DNA of 64,000 bases from Lama glama (taxonomy: Eukaryota): positions 9,178,001 through 9,242,000 of the forward strand of contig CM052817.1 of NCBI GenBank assembly GCA_028534125.1, in the 5' to 3' direction. Below are positions 1 to 12,483 of this stretch, piece after piece. The translations under genes were made by a program, and so were the position numbers. How positions within the stretch are numbered: position 1 is the first letter of the stretch; the number at the start of each line of letters is the position of its first letter. Under the pieces are notes generated by a model. That model was not told where the DNA came from. It saw only the letters and a program-made list of their open reading frames with translations, and made no database searches.

Positions 1-309
1 GGTCCAACATTCCCAAAGGACCGAAGCTCATAGAATGTTTGCAATCGGCCCATGGACGTATCTCTGGGATTTTTGACTCTAACATTCATATTTTTTGTAC
101 TCAACCAAGTCTGTCCTACAAAATCAAAAGCCTGTTGCCCAAGGCTGATTGACTGAAGACCCTGCAGCCTTACTGCTGTGCCCCTGCCCTGCCAGCTCGG
201 CACCCAGCAGGCAACGGTGGAGTCTCCCTTTCCAAGTCTGCAGCCGAACAGCAGACGCCCCTCAAATGCCACTTGAGTCCAAAGGCTGAAATTTCAAACA
301 GGATTTCTA

Positions 310-420
310 CGTTACGGTCTAGAGGCCAAATTCCTTCTTTGGGAAGACTCAGTCTTTGCTTGGAAGGCCAAGGGTCACCGTAGCCTAGCCAAGTTGACTC
401 ATATAATTAACTTCTACCAA
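310..420 (-). mobile_element. MLT2 (ERVL) LTR fragment
   Basis: AATTCCTTCTT..GACTCAGTCTTT and CCTAGCCAAGTTGACTCATATAATTAAC resemble the antisense MLT2 terminus. Confidence 0.55.
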
Positions 421-1749
421 CATTCAGAAAACTCCTGCAGCAGCAGGGAAAAAAGAGCTTTGGCTTTGGAGATGTCAACTCCTTAGTCTCCTTTCCAGAT
501 TCTGGCAAGGGGGAATTAACAGTCTGGGTGAGAGAACTACCAGTTTGTAAAATGCTGACAAGCTGCAAACCAGCCCCGAACGGACTTCTGACTGGGTGAT
601 TAACACAGGCAGGGCAAGGCTACCTAGGCACCACCTTCTCAGCACATTTCTGCACCCCGGGCACAATCCACTTGCCCACGAGCCCTGCACCTCGTGGGGA
701 GTGGAGAAGGCTTCACCACACAATGAAAAGGAGTGACTATCATTAGATGTGACTCTTGCCCCAACTTGCCACTCCTAGCTGGACTGGGCCAAATGGATTC
801 CATTGTCAGGTTGTCATAAATGTCTTCCCAGCCCCAAGCCACGTGCCTTTTCTGCTTAGCTGCATTTTGGTGTCATGGGAAAGCACTCACACACCCCTTC
901 CCTCTGCGGGCCCACAGCCGGCTGTGGGAAGCCCTGGCGGGGGTTCCGCACCCCTGAGGCCTGGCACTGACTGAGGCCCTGGGACTTTCTGCTTTGACTC
1001 ATTGCCTCAGTCATGCCCGGGCCCAAGAAATCAAGCCTATCTCTTTATCATTTTACTTTTTACTTTTTTAAGCAAGAAATTTGTTGTCTTCTCCAGGTGT
1101 GAAGCATCTTTCTGCTTTGGAGGTTGTCTGCACCCTTATAAAAGAATTGGCCGCAGGCTCATTGCAGGCTACTCTATTCCTGGGTCTGTCATCTGGGAAG
1201 CAGGAACCTACCCACAGAATCCTTGGAAGGACTGCATGAGACACTGGATCCTAAGTGTTTGATGGCAGTGTGTATCGAACAAAATCTTTCCTCTTCCCTG
1301 TTGTCTACGTAAGGTGCTCGTTGCAATGCAATTGCCCACGTGTTGTCCCATTGGACCACATGATGTTCTGTGAGACAGGTACCAATTATGCCCTCGGGAC
1401 AGAAGTGGAAACTGAGAGTCAGTTTGCCATCCTCCCAGCTTTGGCGTGCTGGGAGGAGGCCCCACTTTGTTCCCAAGTTCATCCATTAGCCACCTGAAAC
1501 CTTTTGTTTCACAACATTTGACAGATCAGGGCAAACAGGTGTCTGAGGAAACAGCGGATGAGGACAGGCAGCCAAGAGCAAGCCCTGGGGGCTCTGTGGC
1601 AAGGCCCAGGGCACAGAGTGGGCCACAGCAGAGGAGGAAGGCAGGACATGTAGGACCAGGCTCAGGGTGCCAGTGTGGGGAGCTGAGGGGAGAAAGAATG
1701 AGGATCAGAGCCACACGGCAGGGGGGAGAAAGAAAAGGCATGTGAAGAA

Positions 1750-2506
1750 TCAACTGTCTGAGGTTCTGTAAACACTGGTGAGAGACAGGCCACATCTGGT
1801 CCTCCACTCCAACTGCTATGTCAAAGCCACTCTCATCTCTAGCCTGGAATACTGCCACAGTCTTTCAGCTGGTCTCCTGCTTCTGACCTTGACTCCTTCA
1901 GCCTAGTCTAGGCTCTACCCAACAGCCAGACAGAGTCCACAAAGGCAACAGCCAGCTCATGTCACTCCTTTGTTCCTGGCTCAGAGCAAAACCAAAGGCC
2001 TCACAAAGGCCTTGCGATGCTCTCCGTGCTCTGCCCTCCATCCCCGACCTCTCTACTACTTCCCCACGATGCTCTTTGCCTGACCACACACCCACAAGTC
2101 CCGTGTCCGTGGTCTGACAGCTTCTGCACTGGCTGCTCCTCCATCTGGAAGGCTCTCCCCGCAGAGATCTCCCCAAAGTTAACTCCATTGCTCAAATCTT
2201 GTGTTCTCAGTGGGGCCTACACTGCATGCTCTAGTTCCTCCTACGAATTGCCCTCAGCCCCTACTGTCTTAATTTCCCTTCTATGTTCTTCTTTCTCCTT
2301 CATGTCCATGAGTTTTTAACAAATTTTATTTAGTCTGTATCATCTGTCCTTCATCACTAGAATGTCAGCCTCACAAAGGCAGGAAACTGTTGGTTCATGA
2401 CTGCATTGTAAGGTCTGAGAATGGACCCTGACAAATAGTGGGTGCTTCAGAAGCATTTCTGAAAAAATGCAGAAATGAATAAATGCACAAATGAATGAAT
2501 GAATGA
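1750..2506 (+). mobile_element. L2 3' portion
   Basis: CTCATCTCTAGCCTGGA, GGTCTCCTGCTTC, CTAGAATGTCAGC, ending in an (AATG)n tail. Confidence 0.8.
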
Positions 2507-2512
2507 AAATTA

Positions 2513-2715
2513 ACTTTGGAGCCAGACAGACTCTGGGCTTGAATCTACCTCCACGCTGCCCACCCCAGGCAGGTAGATTAAGCTTTCTGAAGCTGTTCCC
2601 TCATCTGTAAAATGGGAATCCTAGTCTACACCTCATAAGACTGCTATGGGGATTAACTAAACAAAATTTACATAAAGTGCCTTGTATAAACTAGGCTGTC
2701 AACAAATGTTAATTT
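2513..2715 (+). mobile_element. MIR
   Basis: TTTGGAGCCAGACAGAC, CCTCATCTGTAAAATGGGAAT core. Confidence 0.8.
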
Positions 2716-3004
2716 TCTTTAAATATTTTCAGAGATTTTCAGCGCCAGAGTATCTAAGAAGAGAGATTGCTTATTTTGATATTCTGAGCTGATAGAATCA
2801 ACAAAACTCTGTGAACACCAACCTGAGCCAGGCACTATGCTAGTCTAGTGAGGAAGAACAGATAAGAAAGCAACTGTGCCCTCAAGGAGCGCAGAATCCT
2901 TGAGAGACTCTGATCCAGCAGTTCTAAGTGTGACACGTTCCATTAGACACAAAAAGGAGATGTTTTGAGAGGGAAAAAAGTGGCAGAAATTAATTTTTGA
3001 AAAA

Positions 3005-3245
3005 ACTTTTTTTGAAATAACTTTAGGCTTGCAAGAAATTGCCAAATAATGCAAAATTCTGTGCTCCCTTCCCCCAGTTCCCCCAAAGATAATATCTTTC
3101 ATGTATCTTATATCCATTATCAAACCAAGAAATTGACATCAAATAGTTTCAACCAGAGATCTTATTCCGATTTCACCAGTTTTTACATGCATTCTGTGTG
3201 TGTGTGTGATACTATGACACTATGAGTTTTTATCACATACATAGT
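3005..3245 (-). mobile_element. Old L1 (L1MC/MD-like) 3' end fragment
   Basis: TTTTGAAATAACTTTAG, CCCAGTTCCCCC, ATCAAACCAAGAAATTGACAT, GATTTCACCAGTTTTTACATG. Confidence 0.65.
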
Positions 3246-4261
3246 GATTAACTGTTGAAGAAAATCAGAAAGCATTTCACAAAAGTAACACAGTATCTTG
3301 TTTACTTCTCATGATATTCTGGATTTAATATTTCCATTTTACAGATGATATAATAAAGCTTAGAAAAGCTAAATGATTTACCTAAGATGACATAGTTCCT
3401 AAGTGGCAGAGCTGGTACCTGCAACCTTCTGACACTCAGCATGTCTTGATGTAAAAAACAAAACAAAACAAAACAAAAAACCCTAAAGTTGGAGGTTGGG
3501 GTGGGATAGCATTAGAAGGAATCATCAGGGCTTTGTCTCCAGACTTCACTTGCCATCGGCAAGTTTGCTGCTACAGAATTGCTCTTTTGTATGTACCAAA
3601 TTGCTATTCTCTTTAATTTTGCCCCAATATCTGAGCTCTCGGATATCTGGAATACAAAATGCAGGCCAAAAAAAGCCCTGATATTTCAATATTTCCTGGG
3701 GGAAGGACTTCCCAGGACTGTTCCACTCTTGTACTTTCCAGCCAGAGTCACCTCTTTGGGCTGTCAGCTGGAATCCTACAGAGCAAAGAAAGCAAAAAGG
3801 TTTTAAAACAGGAGACATGGGGAGAGGCTTAAACAGCCTGGGAGGAATCCTGCAGAAAGAAAGTGACTGTTGTCCTTCCTTCTGAAGCTCCTTTTTGTTG
3901 CCCAGTCTGGCTGAAAGCAGCAGGGTCTGAACCTCAGCCAAGGGACAAAGGGCTTTCTCGGCTAAGAGAAGTAATTGTGGTCACGATAGGCCAAAACAGG
4001 AGGGGAGTATTTTACAGGGTAACAGGGCTACCAAATGTCAGAATTGGTGCTGCGGGATGTGCATTAATTCCACAAGCATCCACTAAGCACCTGCTTTGTG
4101 CCAGGCACACTCACATGATAAAGAGACATCCCCGTCAATGAACTCCCAAGCCAGTAGAAGAGTCACTCATTCTGTTCATTCATTCACTCACTTAATCTCT
4201 CACTCTTTTAGAATATAATTTAGTAATTAAGAACATAACCTTGAAATAAAAAAGACAGTGT

Positions 4262-5125
4262 CATTAATTCATTCAATAAATAAATAAATATTTATTCAGT
4301 GCTTGCTACGTGCTCAGCTCTGGTAAAGACACTAGGAAACAAAGGTGGACAAAATATAGATCATTAAGTCAAGGACATTGGTTGGGGACTGGGGAAGGGA
4401 GAGACAATGAACAATAAGTATAATAAATAAATTAGATAGTATATTAGAAGCTGGTAATGGGAAAAAGAAAACAGAACAGGGAAAGGGGCCTGAGGAATAT
4501 GGAGCAAGGGAGTTTAGAATGTAGTTTTAAGTAAGGTTGTCAAGATAGGCCTTATTGAGAAAGTGGCATGAGAGCAGAGACCAGAAGCAGGTGACGGGTG
4601 GGCAAACATGTGGATGTGGAGTGGAGGAGGGGAGGCAATGCTGGTAGGGGAGCAGCCAGAGACAAGGCCCTAATGTGGGGCCAGATCTGTCCATAAACAA
4701 GGTTAGGGACAAAAAGGGGAGGGGAAGGAGGAAGAGAGCTAAGACTGGGCAGACGGTGCAGGGCCATGAGGGCCACGGTAGGATTTCTGTCTTTACTGGG
4801 TGACATGAGCAGCCATGGCAGGGCTTCAGCAGGGAATGGCCATGATCTGTCTCATGTTCCAGCAGGATCTCTCCAGCTGCCATGGTGGGAATTGACTTTG
4901 AGTGCACAAAACTAGAGGCAGGAGGAACTTAGAAGACCATTGCAGTGATCCTGGGGAGAGATGGCAGAAGCCCAGGTCAAGAAGGCAATCATGGAGGTGA
5001 TGAGAGGTGGCTGGATTCTGAACCTATTTTGAAGACAGAACCAAATTCCTGACAGATTGAGTGTGGTGTCCAAGAGGAAGGGAGGAGTCAGTGATCATTC
5101 TAAGGTCAGTGGCCTGAGCCAATAA
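4262..5125 (-). mobile_element. L2 fragment
   Basis: TTCATTCAATAAA..ATATTTATTCAGTGC, GAGCAGCCATGGCAGGG, GGCTGGATTCTG, GGAGTCAGTGAT. Confidence 0.8.
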
Positions 5126-5527
5126 GGATAATTTGGAGGCCAGTTAAAATTGTGACACTGGGCAAGTCTCTAAACTCCCATTTTCTTCTCTATAAAATGG
5201 AGACTAATATCTGTATTATAGGGTTGTTGCAGACATTGAAAGAGATAATACATGCAAAGCATTCAGTCTGTGAAGGGAGTACAGAGGAGGGATAGAAAAT
5301 CGGCTAAATCTTACAGGATGTGAGAATGTGAACAGAACATCACATTGAGGACTTTAGAGAAACACTGGTTATGGATGGGGTGGAGCAGGGAGTGAGGAAG
5401 ATGAATAAGGAGACTAAGGTTTCATTCTCATAACAGCTACTAATTGTTATACTACCTTAAGTAAATCTTTTAACCTCACTCTACCTCTATTTCTTAATGT
5501 AAAATGAGAGGAGGGCTGCTATGAGAT

Positions 5528-5751
5528 CAGGGGTCTACAAGCAAATCCAACACATGTTTTTGTAAATAAAGTTTTATTGAAACACAGCCATGCTCATTTG
5601 TTTCCAAATTGTCTAGAGCAGCTTTTCTGCCACAACAGTTGAATAGCTGTAACAGGGACAGTATGGACTTCAACAGAGACTTAAAATGTTGAAGTCCATT
5701 CTGTCTCTGTGTATCATCTGGCCCTTTACAGACAAAGTTTATAGACCCTTG
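5528..5751 (+). mobile_element. MER58A-like hAT-Charlie MITE containing an internal inverted repeat
   Basis: CAGGGGTC...GACCCTTG termini; TTTTTGTAAATAAAGTTTTATTGAAACACAGCCA and ATCTGGCCCTTTACAGA match the recalled MER58A consensus. Confidence 0.85.
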
Positions 5752-6767
5752 ATCTTGATCATTGTTTTTGACATTGCTATAGACAGACAGCCACGAAATC
5801 CTTCTTCAAATGGCATCTTAGTCAGAAGCCTAACATATAATACAGAATCCATGTGGATCTGGCTGGCTGAAGAGTAGGGGTGGGAGTGATGGCTGTCTGT
5901 TCCCACCCAGGCTCTGACCTCTCTCACATCTAAGGTAAACGGCGAGGGACCTCTTCTTCATCCCTGTGGTTCCTAAGATCACAGTTTGAAAAGCAGGACT
6001 CTAAGATCATCTCTTGGGGCTTTTCCAGGTCTATAATTCCAATAGCCCACAGATTCAACGTTCAAACGAAGTCTAAATAGACTCGGATCAAAAGTGAACA
6101 GAATAATGGAAATACCAAGCTTCAGCGAGGAGACCTTCTAAATCGGATAAACTAATACTTGGTTTGGGCCTCAAAACTGCTTTTTCTCACGCATGGGATG
6201 TCAATGTAAAGCCAAATTTCAAATCACGTTGTGTCAGATACTTTTAAAAGTTAGAGGCAGCATTTCCACATTCCTGGCAAATCTTCCCTGGAGACAGCTC
6301 TATCCTACAGAAGGAAAAGTGGAATATTTGGGTGGAGACAGCCTCTGCCACACAGGAGACAATTTACATCAAAAATACATAGTTGGAGATGATAACAAAA
6401 TGCTAAATGATCACTATTAATTGCTTACCTATAATGGCCCCCTTCGTGCTAAAAATGAAATACTTATTATTTTCACCAAAATGAGCAATAATTGCTTTAT
6501 ATCAATATAAATATAATAATCATTATTTTTGAGATGGGAAAACTTTATTTCAGAGCAATTAAGAAATAATAATGACAGCAGCACTTTTTGAGCATTGATT
6601 TTGAAATGGACTAAAGACTTCACATCCAAGGTTACTCAAGGTTATAAGATGTTGAGCAAAGTTTTAAACCCAGGCTTGCCTGAGTCTAAAGTCCATGCTC
6701 TGTCCATTATTAATTCAATCTCTCTTTCATTTTCCATAGTTAAAATGTACATAATAATGCAAGTTGA

Positions 6768-6874
6768 GTCCTCACTTCGGCAGCACATACACTAAAATTG
6801 GAACAATATAGAGAAGATTAGCATGTCCCCTGAGCAAGGATGACATGCAAATTTGTGAAGCGTTTCATATTTTT
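6768..6874 (+). pseudogene. RNU6: Full-length U6 snRNA pseudogene (retrocopy)
   Basis: Collinear with U6 over 107 nt (GTCCTCACTTCGGCAGCACATACACTAAAATTGGAAC...GAAGCGTTTCATATTTTT) with about 10 substitutions, several at CpG. The essential ACAGAGA box reads ATAGAGA. No recognisable PSE/TATA upstream. Confidence 0.93.
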
Positions 6875-7406
6875 CTGAAAACTAAAGGAAGACCTTGTGG
6901 ACCATGTGACATAGGACATTCAGGATAATATATCAAGTTAAACGTCCAGAGAAGGAATTCAGAGGATTCTTTGTAAAATCTGGTGACTGGCCTTTTCTTC
7001 TGTGCTCTTGGCATGCTAAATTTATCTACCCATCATATTCTCTTGAATTTCATATTTGTGTTTAAAAGTGGTTGTGTATGTATGTAAAAAGGAACCACGT
7101 ATTCTGAGAATTAGTAAAGTGAGAGACATGACGCTACTGAAATAAGGTGAAAAAATAATACAAGTTGATTTATGGAGTGCTTCCTGTTTGGCAGTCTCAA
7201 TTATATGCATTTAATATATACTGATGTATTATAATATATAACCTGAAACATATTGCAGTACCAATATCTTTATATCTAGAATATATATCCATCCACAATC
7301 TGTGCTGCAATATGTACATGTATACAGTACATAGATACACACATACCCAGACCACAACATCTACACATATAAATAGACACAGCTAGATATATAGAAACAT
7401 AGGTAT

Positions 7407-7543
7407 GGGAGGAGGGGAGAGCTCAAGAGATGGAGCACATGCTTAGCATGCAGAGGTCCTGGGTTCAATCCCAAGTTCCTCTTCTAAAAATAAATAAATA
7501 AACCTAATTACCCCAAAGAAAATAATTTTAAACATTAAAAAAA
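7407..7543 (+). mobile_element. tRNA-Ala-derived SINE of the camelid type (Vic-1-like)
   Basis: tRNA-like head with A box (AGCTCAAG), anticodon arm CTTAGCATGC and B box GGTTCAATCC. Tail AAAAATAAATAAATAAACCTAATTACC plus A-run. TSD AGAAACATA at 7393 and 7544. Confidence 0.85.
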
Positions 7544-8639
7544 AGAAACATATATACATGTCGATACATATAAATACAACACAGACACATACACATATGG
7601 ATACCTAACATATATCTGTGTGTATGTAAAAAAAGTGTATCATATATGTACCGTAATGAATTCTGAATATACATGTGTGTGTATGTATGTGTGTACGTAT
7701 GTATATACACTTCATCTCACACCGTTATCATGCGCTTTATACAGATGGAGGAAATGAAGCACAGAGAGGCTGAGGAACTGTTCACAGCCTCACCGTGAAC
7801 AGCAGCTCCTGCAGATGTGACCCTGGCAGCTAGACGCCACAGCTAGAGCTCTAAGCACAGAGGTCCGCCACCTGTGCGAATTCTCTTGGTTCACAGACCT
7901 GTTTGTCTGCCCTGACATCAGACCGTGAGGCCTTAAGGACAGGGACCTGGCCGTGTTCACCATCACACTCCCAGGACCCAGCACTGCCCAGCACACTTCA
8001 GTACATGTTTATTAAGTTGAATTGGTGACATTCCAGGAAAACTGCTACCAAGAGTAGGACTAGAGTTTAGAATCTGTGAGGTTAGAGAAGGAGCAATGAT
8101 CTCTGCCAGAAAAAGAAAATAACCTGGCAATTCAAGAAGCAAAACTGAAGTCCAAGTGTGCGGTGCACTCCTCACTGTCTTTCCGGTGAGCTTGCGCGCT
8201 CCTCGCCCAGCCTGCAGGGGAGGCTCTTCCTCCGACCCTCTTCTCGTGTGCCTCTCGGCCAAACATTGCTCAAGGACCCAGGAGACAGGAGCATGCTTTT
8301 CTGTTTGTGTTGGGAGTTCGGGGACTGTGTCTGAGACGGAGAGAAATCCCAGGCCTTTAGAAGTTCATCTAAATAAAAATGGGGCCTGTGTGAGGAAGGT
8401 CTTAGAGTTCCCTAATGAGGTGACACGGACACATAAACATGAAACACATAACTAAGATTTGTGAGGGGCTTTAGATGTCACAAAGCACAGCCACGTACAG
8501 CATCCTGGTTAACCTATCCCGACCAGACTCAGCCAGCTCTTACCACTTCTCACCAGGTGAGCGGGCGTGGGTTTTCATTAGGTTGCTGGCTTTTGCTGTT
8601 GTGGCTGCTGTCTTTGTTAATTTTTAAGGAACCAATATT

Positions 8640-10510
8640 TAGACTTCCCGTGAAGATGGTGTATTGAATTCACACTTTGTTTCTCTGTTCCACACAAATA
8701 GAAATGAAAGGGGAAAACAAATTACACACTTACACACACACACACGCACACACAGATATTGCCAGGAATAAAGTGGTAAAAGATTACCTTTGTTGAGTGA
8801 CAAGTAGAACAAAAACACAAATGAGCGAAAGGGGCTGCAACCCTGTGGCTCCTGGGCTCAGCCTGGAGTGGGGCTGAAGGTACAGCTTCTGCAGAGTGAC
8901 TGAAATAAAACTTAAGCTACACCCAAGATGGGGAGTAAGTTTCACTACTCAAAGCCAGTGGACAGATATATAGGGTTTTCCCACTTACAAAAAAAAAAAG
9001 GCAAGGAAATGTCTGCTGCCCACCCCCACCTGGAGCTATGAATTTTAGCAAGCTTCAGGCTTGAGAGAGCCCAGAGGACACTGGCACCGCTTCTCAAGTA
9101 GGACTGGAATCAAGTAGCATGTTGACTTGGAGACTGGATCCACTCCATTCTCATGATTAGTGTGAGGGACAGGATTCCTAAAATACTGGGAGGAGACCTA
9201 GGGATCCAAACATCCCTTTTCCCCTGGCTCCCAGGCCAGGGGAAAGGACTGTCAAGTCATTTGGTAAGGCGGGACTGATACAGATGGAGAGAGAGAGAGA
9301 GAGAAAATAAATAAGTAAATAATCTCATGTAACTCTAAGCCTAAGCCGAGTTCTATTTCCTGGCCAAACCTTAGTGGAATAGAAATCAGGAATCAGAAAT
9401 GCTAGATAGCTGTGAAGTTGGAGAGACAACAGACCCAAGACTAGGAGGACTGATTAAAGGTGTACACATGAAAGACGCAGTTAGACTTCTAGGGCACCTG
9501 CTGTAGCCAAAGTGACATAATTCCTCTTCCCTCTTCACTCACCCCTTGGCCACAGAAGACCAGAATGTTACCACTGAAGACACTGAACCAGAATATTCTG
9601 GACTCAGGGGCATCGGGCATAGCAGAGGGAAGGGTGAAGAGCTAAAAATGCTGAAAATGAGAGTCTAGCATCCTTCTTTCCCTAAACTCCCAGAAGGCCT
9701 TCAGGCAGCCTTATACCCACAGGCAAGAGATTGGAGGATACAGGAACTCCTTAGGAGACTGATAACCCCAAGTGAAAAGACCTGGACAATTAGAAATTGC
9801 TGGACAATTAGAAATTCTGCAAGGAAATGGCTGATGATTTGCTCCATTGCCCCAGAGTGAAGCTCACCACTCAATAAGCCTTAACCTCACGTGCTCGGCT
9901 TTCAATAAGCTTTTAAGTGCCTTACTTTTCAATATAAATGGACAGAAAAGAATCACCAATTTTTTGGAGATCACTTGTAATATAATAAACAGACGGACAC
10001 AATCTTTTTTTTAAAGAAACAAACAGATAAAATTCAGGAATCAAAAGAAATTAAGGGAAAAAAATATATGTATATTCCCAGAGAATTAAAAGATACTGCA
10101 TCCATGAAACAGGAACAAACGTTATCCAAAAGGAACAGTCACAAAACAAGCAACAACAAGAAAAGACCTCCTCAAAATTAAAAATCAAAATGCATCTGTT
10201 CTCAGGAAGAAAGGGAGACTGGGTAAAGGTAGGCACCTAGGTGATGACAAACACCAGGTACACAGTAACAATCTAGAGGGATTTAGCTGTTCTCTCTGAG
10301 TGATAAGGAAAGGAAAGGCGATGGGAGAGGAACCCACAGGGTGTTCACCTGTATCTGTGATGGTTTATTTCTTTTAAAAAAACACTTTTTGAAGTAAATA
10401 TGTCAAAAATGTTAAGATTTGACAAAGCTTTTTGGATACTGTCATATCATTCCTTTTCACATTCTCTGCTTCATTTTCATTTTTTAAATATTTCACAAAA
10501 TAAAAAAATC
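8640..10510 (+). mobile_element. Very old L1-type (L1ME/HAL1-like) 5' UTR/ORF1 remnant with 3'-end piece
   Basis: Starts GACTTCC..GAAGATGG; A-rich ORF1-like tract (AAGATACTGCATCCATGAAACAGGAACA); 3' motif GCAAAA-like/ATGTTAAGATTTGACAAAGCT. Confidence 0.5.
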
Positions 10511-12048
10511 AAGTTCATTTTTAAAAGGCTTACTTTTTCACCACAATTCTTCTATTAAGAAAAAAACATTCTAAGCACACATACACATATGAACAATTTA
10601 AAAAATACGTAGAAGATATAAACTTCACTACAAGTTGTTTCCTACTTGGAGCTTTAGTTATTTTAACTTTTACAACAAAACTTCAGATTCATCAAATAAT
10701 TAAAGTCTTGACTGTCCCTAATTATTATCCTATGAACTAGCATTAGTTGAACACCTACTGTGTGGAGATAAATGTCAGGCTTTCTTCTAAACAATATGTT
10801 CCAGGTGTCAATTCACTTGCACTGTATTGGCGTGTGGATTCTGGATCATTTCTTAAATTTCTGATTCCCTGTGCAAAGGCCAATGCACTTCCCTATTGAT
10901 TCAAACTGTAGTTGTAGCGAGAAGAATGGAAATAACACTATTCTCAAATGCATGGGAGTCTGTGAGCACATTGTCTCACTCTCCTTCCAAAACAAAAAGG
11001 CCTATTGAGTAATTACAAGTGAGACTGCTGGCTCCAGAGATTTCTGCTTGGTTGAGGACTTCCACTTTTATGACACACACCCACCACCACCACCAATCCA
11101 TGTACATTAAAATAGATGCCCCATCTCTTAAATGCTATGGTAACCTGCTTGCAGGTATCTTAGAACACTTCCCCATCACACCTCCTTCCCTATCCTCCAA
11201 ATGCCTGTTTACTTATTCATCTGCCCCCAAAGACGAGATCTCTTTAAAGGAAGGTGCATTGTTTTGGTGCTATTCCCAACACATAGCCCAGGGCATGGTA
11301 CACAGCAGGTGTTCAATAAGTGCTTTTTCGAATAAATGAGCAACTGAATGTCAGCCTTATTTCCCTGCTATTGTCCTACATCCTGGTGTTGCTACTTCGT
11401 GACAGCAGAGCAAAGAATGGTGGTCCAAAGCTTTCCGTTATTACACCTAATTCACACAACTGTGAAACACTGCAGAACGCACACCCACCAAAAACGAATT
11501 CCTGCATGTTCAGTTCACAGTAGGTCATTTGAAATTTGCCGCCACTGAGGTATCAGAATTTAAAGGTTCCAATGACTGGGGAAACAATTCCCATTACCGA
11601 CAGAAAAGTCACAAGGAACAACATTAAACTAGTTTGGCATGTGGATGATTTAGCGTGAATGATGGATTGTCAGAATTTCTATGTCATCAAAAGAAATAGG
11701 CAAAGAAGAACAAAATCTCTGTCCAAATGCTCAGGTACCTCTTTCATTTCCTGTTTTTCTAGTAAATTTGCATTAGACCTAACCCTTAACCTTTTCATAT
11801 CTCAGTTCTTGTGAGGATATATGAGTCTCCCCAAAACTTTACGGAGCCAGAGCCTTAAGCATCTGAGGTCACACTGTTCCTGAACCTTTTCTAGCTCATG
11901 CACCACTACTGAAAATTCTGGGTTCCATCCATGTTTTATAAGAAGGTAATGAACTGCACACATTTAAGAAAACTGTTACTCTATTTATCATCTACATTAA
12001 GTTTAAGAAATTAAAAATTATGAGTGATATTGTTGATATTATTACTGC

Positions 12049-12483
12049 TGTTCATAGTAGGTTGAATAGTGTCCCCCCAAAATTCACGTTCACCTAGAAT
12101 CTCACAATGTATTCTTATTTGGAAATAGGGTCTTTGAAAATGTAATTAGTTAAAGATCCTGAGATTAAATCATATGTGATTTAGGGTGGGCCCTAAATCT
12201 CATAACTGGTGTCCTTATGAAAGGAGGAGATGGTACAGAGAGACATAGGGAAAAGGTCATGAGAAACATGGAGGCAGAGATGAGAGTTATGCTACCACAT
12301 CCCAGGAGCCTCCAGAAGCTAGAAGAAGCAAAGAACTATCCTCCCCTAGAGCGGGGTTGCAGGCCTGCTAGTGTCTTGATTGCAGACCTCTATCTTCTAG
12401 AACTGTGAGAGGATAACTTTCTGTTGTTTCAAGTCACCTGGTTTGTGCTACTTTGTTATGGTGGCCTTAAGGAAACTAAAACA
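12049..12483 (+). mobile_element. MLT1 (ERVL-MaLR) solo LTR
   Basis: GGTTGAATAGTGTCCCCCCAAAATTCA, TTATTTGGAAATAGGGTCTTTG, CTAGAACTGTGAGAGGATAACTTTCTGTTGTTT, end GGAAACTAAAACA. Confidence 0.88.

Noticed and set aside
6768..6874. Functional U6 snRNA gene
   Set aside because: ACAGAGA box mutated, CpG-decay pattern, and no PSE/TATA promoter upstream.
7407..7485. tRNA-Ala gene
   Set aside because: Degenerate cloverleaf followed by a SINE tail and flanked by a TSD; it is a SINE head.
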